Below, in pieces: positions 20,147-28,194 of a stretch of 64,000 bases of DNA. Under the pieces are notes generated by a model, which was given only the letters and a program-made list of their open reading frames with translations, ran no database searches and had not been told where the DNA came from. This stretch comes from Alphaproteobacteria bacterium (GTDB taxonomy: Bacteria; Pseudomonadota; Alphaproteobacteria; RF32; CAG-239). The stretch spans positions 19,415 to 83,414 of the forward strand of contig JAFUEX010000020.1 of assembly GCA_017470165.1 (NCBI GenBank), read 5' to 3'. Positions within the stretch are counted from its first letter, which is position 1; every line of letters begins with the position of its first letter. Position numbers and translations under genes: made by a program.

Positions 20147-20175
20147 ATTATAACAAAAATTTTTTCCATTGTCAA
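20147..20175 (-). promoter_or_regulatory. Consensus sigma70 promoter for the lysozyme-like operon
   Basis: Minus strand TTGACA (20175-20170), 17 nt spacer, TATAAT (20152-20147): exact consensus. Confidence 0.85.
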
Positions 20176-20214
20176 TTTTTTGTCTAAAAAATTATGGTTT
20201 TATTATACTAATTA

Positions 20215-20233
20215 TTAACCAAAATTTGGTTAA
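20215..20233. promoter_or_regulatory. Perfect palindrome TTAACCAAA-A-TTTGGTTAA
   Basis: 9-bp perfect inverted repeat between the divergent lysozyme-like operon and ftsB. Confidence 0.5.
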
Positions 20234-20302
20234 CGTCGAACCATCAATTTCGACTTTCGGTCTGCTTTTGGAGTCGTATTTTTTCCGCAACCGTCTTTTG
20301 GC

Positions 20303-20629
20303 TTGAAAATTATGGATTTAACCTTGGATATTAAAAACAAACTCAAACATTATTGGCTGCCGCTTTTGTGCGGTTTAATCATTATTTATTTTGTTTTCAA
20401 TATCTTTTGCGGCAACCGCAACATCTATCGCCTCATTGCCCTCAAACAAGAAATCATCAAAGCCAAAGCCGAGGCGCAAACCTTTGCCGACCAAAAAAAA
20501 CGCCTGCAACAATTGGTCGACCATCTCTCCGACCAAAGCCTTGACACCGACCTTTTAGACGAGCGCGCCCGCATTGTCCTGAACGTGGCGGCCGATGATG
20601 ACTTCATCATCTTGACCGATTCGCTTTAA
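20303..20629 (+). CDS. ftsB: Septum formation initiator FtsB/DivIC family
   Basis: N-terminal TM, coiled coil, and DLLDERARIVLN...DDFII C-terminus. Confidence 0.85.
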   Translation: MKIMDLTLDIKNKLKHYWLPLLCGLIIIYFVFNIFCGNRNIYRLIALKQEIIKAKAEAQTFADQKKRLQQLVDHLSDQSLDTDLLDERARIVLNVAADDDFIILTDSL

Positions 20630-22071
20630 TCACCCGTATATTTACGCGCCTCATCGTGGTCGGAAAACTCTATCACCTCTCCGTTGATATATTGTCCGCT
20701 TTCGTGGCCTTTGCCGGCCAAAACCAGTACATCGCCGGCCTCTGCCGTCGCCATTGCCTCGCGGATGGCCTCACCGCGGCCGGCAATATTAACCCCCTTC
20801 GGACACGCCGCCATAATTTCCCGCCGTATCTCCGCTGCATCTTCAAACCGCGGATTGTCATCCGTCACATACACCGCATCGGCCAAATCATTGGCAATTT
20901 TGCCCATCAACGGACGTTTACCTTTGTCCCGATTGCCTCCGCAGCCAAACACCACCATCAAGCGGTTTTTGGTATGTCCGCGCAAGGCCTTGAGCACATT
21001 CTCCAATGCATCGGGAGTATGCGCATAATCTATGTATACCGCAGCCCCGCGGTGAGTGTTGCCCACCCACTCTAATCGCCCCTTGGCGCCCTTAATCTTT
21101 TCGGCCTGTGCCAACACCGCCTCAGCTTCTCCGCTCAAAGCTGCAGTCAGTCCGATGGCGCAAAGCACATTCATCGCCTGAAATTCGCCGGCCAAACCGA
21201 CAACTATTTCCTGCTTACGGCCGAAATATTCCACCTCCAACACCTGCCCGTTGCCGTAATTTCGGCTTTTCAGCAATTTTAACTCGCGGCCGCCATACCC
21301 ATAGCTCACAATTTGGCATCCGCGTTGCCGGCAAACCTCGCAAAGCGCCGCATAATGTTCTATATCTGCGTTCAATACCGCGGTACCTCCGCTTTTCAGC
21401 CGCCGCTCAAACAAAAGCAACTTTGCCTTAAAATAATTGTCAAACGTCTTGTGATAATCCAAATGATCCCGCGTCAGATTGGTAAAACCCGCCGCCTCAA
21501 ACTCCACTCCGTCAAGTCTTCCCTGCACCAATCCGTGGCTCGAAGCCTCCAATATGGCATATTCCACACCATCGCTGTACAATTTACTCAACGCCCGATG
21601 CAAGGTAACATTGTTGGGTGTGGTGTTGGGCAAAACCACCGGCGCCGCATTATTTTCGATAATTCCCAATGTACCGATACTGGCAGCGCTTTTGTGCAGT
21701 CCGACCAACATTTGGCGGGTAAAATCGGCAATTGAGGTCTTGCCGTTGGTGCCGGTTATCGCCGCCAGATGCTGCGGCACCGCTCCATAATATTTCGCCA
21801 CCGCTTGCGCATAAACTGTTTGCGGCGATTTGGTGCGCACCACCACAACCCCTGCTGCCTGATGAAACTTGCTCTCCTCGCCGACAATCACTGCCGCCGC
21901 ACCTTTGGCGATTGCATCATCAATATAAGCATCATCATTAAGACTGCCGAACAAAAACCCTTGCTTCACCTCACGCGAATCGGCGGTAATACCTTTAATT
22001 TCGACCTTTTCGTCACTATCTGTAATATCACACAACCTCATTATAAACCTCTTTTTGCAAAATTTAGGCAT
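20626..22071 (-). CDS. murE: UDP-MurNAc-tripeptide synthetase (meso-DAP type)
   Basis: ITGTNGKTS, TTP, EASSHGL, NLTRDHLDYH, DYAHTPDAL, DNPR (DAP specificity) and AGKGHE motifs. Confidence 0.97.
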   Translation of the reverse strand: MPKFCKKRFIMRLCDITDSDEKVEIKGITADSREVKQGFLFGSLNDDAYIDDAIAKGAAAVIVGEESKFHQAAGVVVVRTKSPQTVYAQAVAKYYGAVPQHLAAITGTNGKTSIADFTRQMLVGLHKSAASIGTLGIIENNAAPVVLPNTTPNNVTLHRALSKLYSDGVEYAILEASSHGLVQGRLDGVEFEAAGFTNLTRDHLDYHKTFDNYFKAKLLLFERRLKSGGTAVLNADIEHYAALCEVCRQRGCQIVSYGYGGRELKLLKSRNYGNGQVLEVEYFGRKQEIVVGLAGEFQAMNVLCAIGLTAALSGEAEAVLAQAEKIKGAKGRLEWVGNTHRGAAVYIDYAHTPDALENVLKALRGHTKNRLMVVFGCGGNRDKGKRPLMGKIANDLADAVYVTDDNPRFEDAAEIRREIMAACPKGVNIAGRGEAIREAMATAEAGDVLVLAGKGHESGQYINGEVIEFSDHDEARKYTGD

Positions 22072-22147
22072 TTCTTATCAAAAAAGTATCTAATTATTAA
22101 CTATTTATATGATATAAAACTTTTGTGCAATAAGAAAGGTGTGAAAC

Positions 22148-22615
22148 ATGAACAAAGTAATTTTGTGCTTAATGGTCTTATTATCAGGGATTTCGAGCGC
22201 AAAAGCCGATGATATCTATCTTTTTTATAATGCCTCCAGCGACAATTTGAGCGAGCTGGGCTTAAGCAAAAAAGAGACATCGCGTGTTTTTGAAGACGAA
22301 TTCGGGCCGGCAGCCGAAGAATTGCCGTTGGAAATCAAATTTGACGACTTTTATGTCGCCAAATATCCTAACGAAAGTTACAGCTTCATCCTCAATGCGC
22401 CCTACAATTGCGGACGTTTGGGTTGCAAAACCATGGTCTACACCCGCGATGAAGACGGCGACTTGTTCTCAAGCGAATCGACTACTCCGGTTAAGTGCAA
22501 AGTTTATGATTCCGACAAACTCTTGTGCACGCAAGGCGGCTATCACCCCGAGGTTAAAGTGAAGCCGAAAAAGAAAATCTTGCATTTCTACCCGCCTCAG
22601 AGCTCTGACAAGTAA
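22148..22615 (+). CDS. Secreted hypothetical protein with CGxxGC motif
   Basis: Sec signal peptide (SSAKA/DD); four Cys including CGRLGC. Confidence 0.7.
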   Translation: MNKVILCLMVLLSGISSAKADDIYLFYNASSDNLSELGLSKKETSRVFEDEFGPAAEELPLEIKFDDFYVAKYPNESYSFILNAPYNCGRLGCKTMVYTRDEDGDLFSSESTTPVKCKVYDSDKLLCTQGGYHPEVKVKPKKKILHFYPPQSSDK

Positions 22616-22669
22616 GGAGGTTGATAGTTGTTTTTTGTAAAAAAAAGACAAAAAAATATAAAAAAATGC

Positions 22670-22698
22670 TTGATTTTTAATTAAAACCGGCTTATATT
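22670..22698 (+). promoter_or_regulatory. Putative sigma70 promoter
   Basis: TTGATT-17-TATATT upstream of the ORF at 22752. Confidence 0.55.
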
Positions 22699-22751
22699 AG
22701 CCAAAAATTATGATAATTTAAACAAAATTGTGCAACTTATAAACAGGATAT

Positions 22752-23306
22752 ATGGAGATGAAAAAATTTATCGTTATTGCTTTGACCGCCATGGTATCTG
22801 CCTGCGCCTGCTTCGACTGCGATGACAACAATACCCGTGCGGTTACCTACCAAACCAGTCACGACACCAAATTGGACTGCGATTACTTTGATGGCAAAAC
22901 CTGCTATCGCTATGTTTACAAAAACATTCAGCGTCAAGCCCCGCAACCAGCACCGGTATATCGCAATGTTATCCAACCTGCTCCAGTGGTAGCACCGCGT
23001 CCGGCACCTTGTGGCTGCCAACGTCAGCAGATGACCACTGTGGTTGAGCATCCGGCACAAGTTCCGGCTCCGGCGGTATTGCAAACCAGCGGCAACGGCG
23101 AGTGCCCCGACAAAATCTCCGAGACTCGCGAACCAGTCGAGATTGTATACAAAAAAGTAACAACCCGTACCACTTACGAGCCCAAGACGACTTCTCAGGT
23201 AAGCTACGAGAAAGCCCCTTATACAAAATCCGTAGCAATTGAACAGCCTGAGCCGGTAGAAGTTATTAATAGAACTACGACTACAACTATTGAAGAAATA
23301 AAATAA
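22752..23306 (+). CDS. Putative lipoprotein, Cys-containing head and Pro/Val/Thr-rich body
   Basis: MKKFIVIALTAMVSAC lipobox, repeated (Q/R)PAP motifs, and a terminator directly after. Confidence 0.75.
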   Translation: MEMKKFIVIALTAMVSACACFDCDDNNTRAVTYQTSHDTKLDCDYFDGKTCYRYVYKNIQRQAPQPAPVYRNVIQPAPVVAPRPAPCGCQRQQMTTVVEHPAQVPAPAVLQTSGNGECPDKISETREPVEIVYKKVTTRTTYEPKTTSQVSYEKAPYTKSVAIEQPEPVEVINRTTTTTIEEIK

Positions 23307-23323
23307 CTTCTATCTCCTCCCCG

Positions 23324-23353
23324 AAAACCGTCTCTCTCGAGACGGTTTTTTTT
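23324..23353 (+). terminator. Intrinsic terminator
   Basis: AAAACCGTCTC-TCTC-GAGACGGTTTT followed by a further T run. Confidence 0.9.
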
Positions 23354-23512
23354 ATTAATGCTTTGTAGAGAACCCTCATTTTAGTGGTGGATGAATAAAA
23401 AGATGTTGTGAAACAACATCGCCTCCACGCCAACGAGCGTGGTCAAATCGCAAGTTTTGTTAAACAAAACAACCACGGGGGCATCCGTGGATATCTATTA
23501 ATGCTTTGTAGA
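23353..23512. repeat. 17-bp direct repeats enclosing four hairpins
   Basis: TATTAATGCTTTGTAGA at 23353-23369 and 23496-23512; hairpins at 23402-20, 23425-42, 23454-70 and 23473-90. Confidence 0.85.
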
Positions 23513-23574
23513 AAAAAACTCGCCAATACCATCCCTTACCCTTGCTTTTTTTTCTTTTCTTTTCTTTCTTCTTC

Positions 23575-23872
23575 CTGTCACCCCTTTTTCTGCGATGCAA
23601 GCCGCAGCTCTCCCCTTCCTCTTGTCACCACTTTTCATTATGCTGTCACCCCTTTTTCTGCGGTATGCACCGCAGAAAAATCAGGGGTCTCCCGACCATT
23701 AAGGCAATGTCACGCCAAAGCGGCCTTGCTTTTTTTCTGTCACCCCAAGCCGCCTTTCTTTTTTCTGTCACCCCTTCGCCGCATAGCGGCGAATAAGGGG
23801 TCTCACCGTCACAAGTGCATAATAGTCATGAGACCGCTTATTCGCCGTTTTACAAACGGCTCAGCGATGACA
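23575..23872. repeat. Cluster of TGTC-tagged palindromic (REP/MITE-like) repeats
   Basis: CTGTCACCCC at 23575, 23643, 23737 and 23765; 12-bp stem at 23653-23680; composite TGTCA...TGACA unit at 23766-23872. Confidence 0.75.
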
Positions 23873-23966
23873 TTCCTTGGAGAACAAAGAGCCCACTCAT
23901 TCGCCACTCTCCGAGGCTCAGGCATTACAGTACCATGAAACCACAACTGTTTTAGCCTAACCGATT

Positions 23967-24236
23967 TCATCGTTCAACGGATTTTGCAGTTATCGCACTA
24001 ATGGTATCCTTGGATTGCTTAGACTTCTGGTTTGCTACTTCAACCTCCTTCATCCTCGTTTCCTCACACTCAGCGATCCTCTCCTCCATGCCACCAGAAT
24101 CGCAACTCGTCATCTAGGACACACTTATAGTGCTCGCCGCAAGCAATGCACCTTTACGTAATAATGCACCTTTACGACGTACTTTTGGCCCTAACTTTTT
24201 TTTAACCTTTTTCAACTTTTCACGTAACTTGCTCAT
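23967..24236 (-). pseudogene. Small putative lipoprotein interrupted by an in-frame TAG (not in ORF track)
   Basis: Hand translation: MSKLREKLKKVKKKLGPKVRRKGALLRKGALLAASTISVS*MTSCDSGGMEERIAECEETRMKEVEVANQKSKQSKDTISAITAKSVER*. 270 nt, TAG at 24116-24114, GGAG RBS upstream. Confidence 0.6.
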
Positions 24237-24285
24237 CTTTCTTCTCCCCGTTTAGTTGATGCTGCTTTCAGTATACCCCCTTCCA

Positions 24286-24314
24286 TTTGACAAAAATCAA
24301 GCCTTTTTGTCAAA
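24286..24314. promoter_or_regulatory. 11-bp perfect inverted repeat, each arm containing TTGACA
   Basis: TTTGACAAAAA-TCAAGCC-TTTTTGTCAAA between the two divergent TAG-broken genes. Confidence 0.55.
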
Positions 24315-24450
24315 AAAATCATTTGCCACCGATTTTCTACTCCTCTCCTATCGGCAAATTATTTTTTTATCTTATGTTTGCAAAAAAAATTATTGAATTA
24401 TAATCCCAAAACCTGCAAAATATATCCCGATATACAATCCGCAATGTACT

Positions 24451-25044
24451 ATGCGACAGCTTCTCAATAAAAAGGAGTATCGGCTTATGAAACCATATCT
24501 CAAACGGCCCTTGACAGCAGGTGGTATATTTATAATGTTGGTGGTAGGAATTATGATTATAAATACATTTTATTATAACGAAAACACAAATTATGAACCG
24601 CAAATTTTCACCTCGCCGATTACCAAGATAAAGGTTGTAAAACACACGCGCAAATTATATCTTTTAAGCGATGATGCCATCGTTAAAGAATACCCAATTG
24701 ATTTGGGATTTAACCCGCTTGGCCCCAAAACCCGAGAAGGTGACGGCAAGACGCCCGAAGGGATTTATCAAATATCCTCGCGTAACCCGAACTCTAAATT
24801 TTATTTATCTTTGCGTATTTCCTACCCCAATCAACAGGACATCAGCCAAGCTCAAGCCAATGGTGTCAGTGCCGGCAGCGATATAATGATACACGGATTG
24901 CCTAATTTTACTTCGTTTTTGTAGTTCCGGCGCAATTTGAAAAAGGATTGGACACTGGGGTGTATTGCCCTGCAGACTAATGCCGAAATGCAAGAAGTTT
25001 GGGATAATGTAAAAGATGGCACCCCAATTGAAATTTTGCCATAA
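24451..25044 (+). pseudogene. L,D-transpeptidase (YkuD/YafK-like) interrupted by an in-frame TAG
   Basis: KIKVVKHTRKLYL, GPKTREGDGKTPEG and SLRISYPN motifs, then IHGLPNFTSFL*FRRNLKKDWTLGCIA...GTPIEILP*. TAG at 24922-24924; the frame continues to TAA 25042-25044. Confidence 0.85.
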
Positions 25045-25184
25045 AAACAAGAAGTAACAATTGAATAAATAGTAAAAGGGAGTGTTAGCTATTGATTTAA
25101 TTTTAATGGGCTTGTATTTATTAACCGCATTTGGAAGAAAGAAATTGAGACAAAATTCATACTTAAATTGAAAAAGTACAACTT

Positions 25185-25215
25185 AAAAAAACGCCGATTT
25201 TTCAATTCGGCGTTT
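25185..25215 (-). terminator. Intrinsic terminator after lepA
   Basis: AAACGCCGA / TCGGCGTTT stem followed by a U run on the minus strand. Confidence 0.75.
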
Positions 25216-25221
25216 CTACAA

Positions 25222-27030
25222 TTATTCATCCCCGATTCTCAGCGCCTCAATAAAGGCAGATTGCGGAACTTCCACCTTGCCGAACTGACGCATACGCTGC
25301 TTTCCTTTCTTTTGTTTATCCAAGAGTTTGCGTTTGCGGGTAACGTCACCGCCATAGCATTTGGCAGTAACATCTTTGCGCAGCGCCGATATAGTCTCAC
25401 GCGCCACCACGCGACCCCCTATGCACGCTTGCAGTGGAATTTTAAACAAATGTCTGGGGATTAGGTCCTTCAATCTTTCGCAGATTTGCCGTCCGCGGGC
25501 TTCAGCCTCGGTTTTGTGGCAGAGAAAAGCAAGTGCATCAACCGGTTCTTCATTAATCAAGATTTGCACCTTTACCAAATCCGAGGTTTGATAATCCGTC
25601 AACTCGTAGTCAAAGCTGGCGTACCCCGAGGTAATTGATTTCAACCGGTCATAAAAGTCAAACACGATTTCGTTTAGCGGAATTTTATAAACCACCATCG
25701 CTCGTGAACCGACATAGGTGAGCTCAAGCTGCTCGCCTCTTCTCTCGGTGCAAAGTTTAATCACCGAGCCCAAATATTCGTCCGGCGTCATAATCGTTGC
25801 CTTCACAAACGGCTCTTCAATAAAAGCGATTTTGGTCGGATCGGGCATATCTGCCGGATTGTGCAAAGTGATAACTTCCCCGTTGGTCATATGGATTTTA
25901 TAAGCCACCGACGGGGCTGTGGTTATCAAATCGAGGTCAAATTCTCTGCCCAAACGCTCTTGGATAATCTCCATATGCAGCAAACCTAAAAATCCACAGC
26001 GAAACCCTAGCCCCAAAGCTGCAGAATTTTCGGTCTGATAATCGACGCTGGCATCATTGAGTTTGAGTTTGGCCAAAGCATCTTTTAAGGCGCCGTATTG
26101 ACTGGAATCCACCGGAAAAATCGAGCAGAACACCACCGGAACCGATGGCTTGAACCCTTTTAACGGCGCTGCACAAGGCGACTTATTGTCAGTGATGGTA
26201 TCTCCGACCTGACAATCGCCCACACTCTTGATACTGGCAGTAATGAAACCGACCTCTCCGGGGTATAGGGCATCTATGTCTGTCATTTTGGGAGAAAATA
26301 TGCCCACCCTGTCCACCAAATAAGTCGCATTATTGGACATCATACGTATCTGTGTTTTTTTGCGCAAAACACCATCATAAATACGCACTAAAATCACTAC
26401 CCCGAGATAGCTATCATACCAACTGTCAATCAAAAGGGCTTTCAAAGGTTTGTTTTCATCGCCTTGCGGAGCGGGAAGTTTATTGACAATCTCTTCCAAC
26501 AGATTATCAATTCCCAAACCGGTTTTGCCGGAAGTTTCGACTGCTGCCGAGGTGTCCAAACCTATAACATCCTCAATCTGCTGTTTAACCTTATCGACAT
26601 CTGCCGAGGGCAAATCGACCTTGTTTAATGCCGGAATAATCTCATGGTTGTTATCAATCGCCAAATAAACATTAGCCAAAGTTTGCGCTTCCACTCCTTG
26701 GGTTGCATCCACCACCAAAATCGAGCCCTCGCACGAAGACAACGACCGCGAAACCTCGTAAGAGAAATCCACGTGTCCCGGAGTGTCAATCAAATTAAGT
26801 TGATAGGTCTTCCCATCACACGCAGTATAATTAAGCCGCACGGTTTGCGCCTTGATGGTAATACCGCGTTCGCGCTCAATATCCATATTATCCAGCACTT
26901 GCTCGGTCATCTCGCGCGCCTCCAACCCGCCGCAACGCTCAATCAAACGATCGGCTATAGTTGACTTGCCATGGTCAATATGGGCGATTATGGCGAAATT
27001 GCGAATTAAACTGATATCATGACTGCTCAA
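25222..27030 (-). CDS. lepA: Elongation factor 4 (LepA)
   Basis: [29 protein letters not shown] and [19 protein letters not shown] motifs. Confidence 0.99.
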   Translation of the reverse strand: MSSHDISLIRNFAIIAHIDHGKSTIADRLIERCGGLEAREMTEQVLDNMDIERERGITIKAQTVRLNYTACDGKTYQLNLIDTPGHVDFSYEVSRSLSSCEGSILVVDATQGVEAQTLANVYLAIDNNHEIIPALNKVDLPSADVDKVKQQIEDVIGLDTSAAVETSGKTGLGIDNLLEEIVNKLPAPQGDENKPLKALLIDSWYDSYLGVVILVRIYDGVLRKKTQIRMMSNNATYLVDRVGIFSPKMTDIDALYPGEVGFITASIKSVGDCQVGDTITDNKSPCAAPLKGFKPSVPVVFCSIFPVDSSQYGALKDALAKLKLNDASVDYQTENSAALGLGFRCGFLGLLHMEIIQERLGREFDLDLITTAPSVAYKIHMTNGEVITLHNPADMPDPTKIAFIEEPFVKATIMTPDEYLGSVIKLCTERRGEQLELTYVGSRAMVVYKIPLNEIVFDFYDRLKSITSGYASFDYELTDYQTSDLVKVQILINEEPVDALAFLCHKTEAEARGRQICERLKDLIPRHLFKIPLQACIGGRVVARETISALRKDVTAKCYGGDVTRKRKLLDKQKKGKQRMRQFGKVEVPQSAFIEALRIGDE

Positions 27031-27150
27031 AGATATTCTCCACGATTAATATTATGCTCAACCATAAACTAAATTAAAATTTACGCAAGCATTTTTAATA
27101 TGCGGTTTTGCAATTTATAGCAGCCCGAAATATAAATTCATTTCCGCGAG

Positions 27151-28185
27151 TTATATCTCGTCCCATCCCTCAACTGCCGTACTTTGGTTATAAGATGAGA
27201 CATTAGCCTCAAAGAAATTACCTTTAACATTGCCCTCGCCATTGGTATCGGCCACTTTTTCCAGCTGCTTATACGGGTTCTCATCATATCCCTCATACAT
27301 CGGCTCCAACCCGATATCCCGCAACCGCTTGTTGGCAATAAATTTGGTATATTCTTCAATGGTTTTTTCGGTAATGCCGATTATATTTTTGCCGATAATA
27401 TGATTACTCCAAGCAATTTCCTGCTCCACCGCTCGCGCAAACATCTCATAAATTTCATCACGGTCAAAGTAATTAACCTCTTCTTTCATAATCTCTTTGA
27501 TAATGTTGGCAAAAATCACACAATGCGTCAGCTCGTCACGATTTATGTATTTAATCTCATCGGCCGTACCAATCATCAAACTGCGTGCCGCCAAATTATA
27601 AAAGAAATTAAACCCGTTATAAAAATATACTCCCTCCAGCAAATAGTTGGCCATCAGCACGCGGGCAAAATTTTTGTCATTACGATCATCAATAAAGTTT
27701 TGATAAATCTCGGCAATATATTTATTACGTTCCAGCAAAACCGCATCTTCGCGCCATTTGTCATAAATTTCCGCCCGTTTGTCTGCCGGAATAATACTTT
27801 CGATAATATAGGCATAACTCTGCGAATGCACCGCCTCTTGATACGTCTGAATAGCCAAAATCAAGTTCACTTCCGGCGCGGTAATATAATCGCTGATATT
27901 CGGCAGATTATTGGTTTGGATACTATCCAAAAACACCAAAAATGACAATATGCCGTCATACGCACGTTTTTCGGCACTGCTCAACTCTTCATATGCCCGT
28001 TTGTCATCAAACAGCGACACCTTTTCCGGAATCCAAAAATTCTCCATCATCAGACGATAAACTTTGTTCGCCCACTGATATTTAACATTGTTCAAATTAA
28101 ACAAATTAGTAACATTACCGCCAATCATCCGGCGATTAATAATTTCATCGTTACCATTGATATTAAATAACTTTTTTCTCTGCAT
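27151..28185 (-). CDS. nrdB: Class Ia ribonucleotide reductase beta subunit
   Basis: Metal ligands FLD, QEAVH, LEG and RDELTH; radical Tyr in HSQSY. Confidence 0.95.
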   Translation of the reverse strand: MQRKKLFNINGNDEIINRRMIGGNVTNLFNLNNVKYQWANKVYRLMMENFWIPEKVSLFDDKRAYEELSSAEKRAYDGILSFLVFLDSIQTNNLPNISDYITAPEVNLILAIQTYQEAVHSQSYAYIIESIIPADKRAEIYDKWREDAVLLERNKYIAEIYQNFIDDRNDKNFARVLMANYLLEGVYFYNGFNFFYNLAARSLMIGTADEIKYINRDELTHCVIFANIIKEIMKEEVNYFDRDEIYEMFARAVEQEIAWSNHIIGKNIIGITEKTIEEYTKFIANKRLRDIGLEPMYEGYDENPYKQLEKVADTNGEGNVKGNFFEANVSSYNQSTAVEGWDEI

Positions 28186-28194
28186 AATTTTCTC

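Noticed and set aside
23402-23490. Four hairpins as a tRNA, tmRNA, RNase P or SRP RNA
   Set aside because: No acceptor stem/CCA, no TTC T-loop, and none of the conserved RNase P or SRP motifs I could recognise.
23575-23872. CTGTCACCCC repeats as a CRISPR array
   Set aside because: The conserved part is only about 10 bp, spacing is irregular (68, 94 and 28 bp), copies diverge, and there are no cas genes.
23408-23938. ORFs 23408..23938 and 23542..23796 as proteins
   Set aside because: They translate hairpins, a pyrimidine tract and REP-like repeats into F/S/P-rich low-complexity sequence, with no credible RBS.
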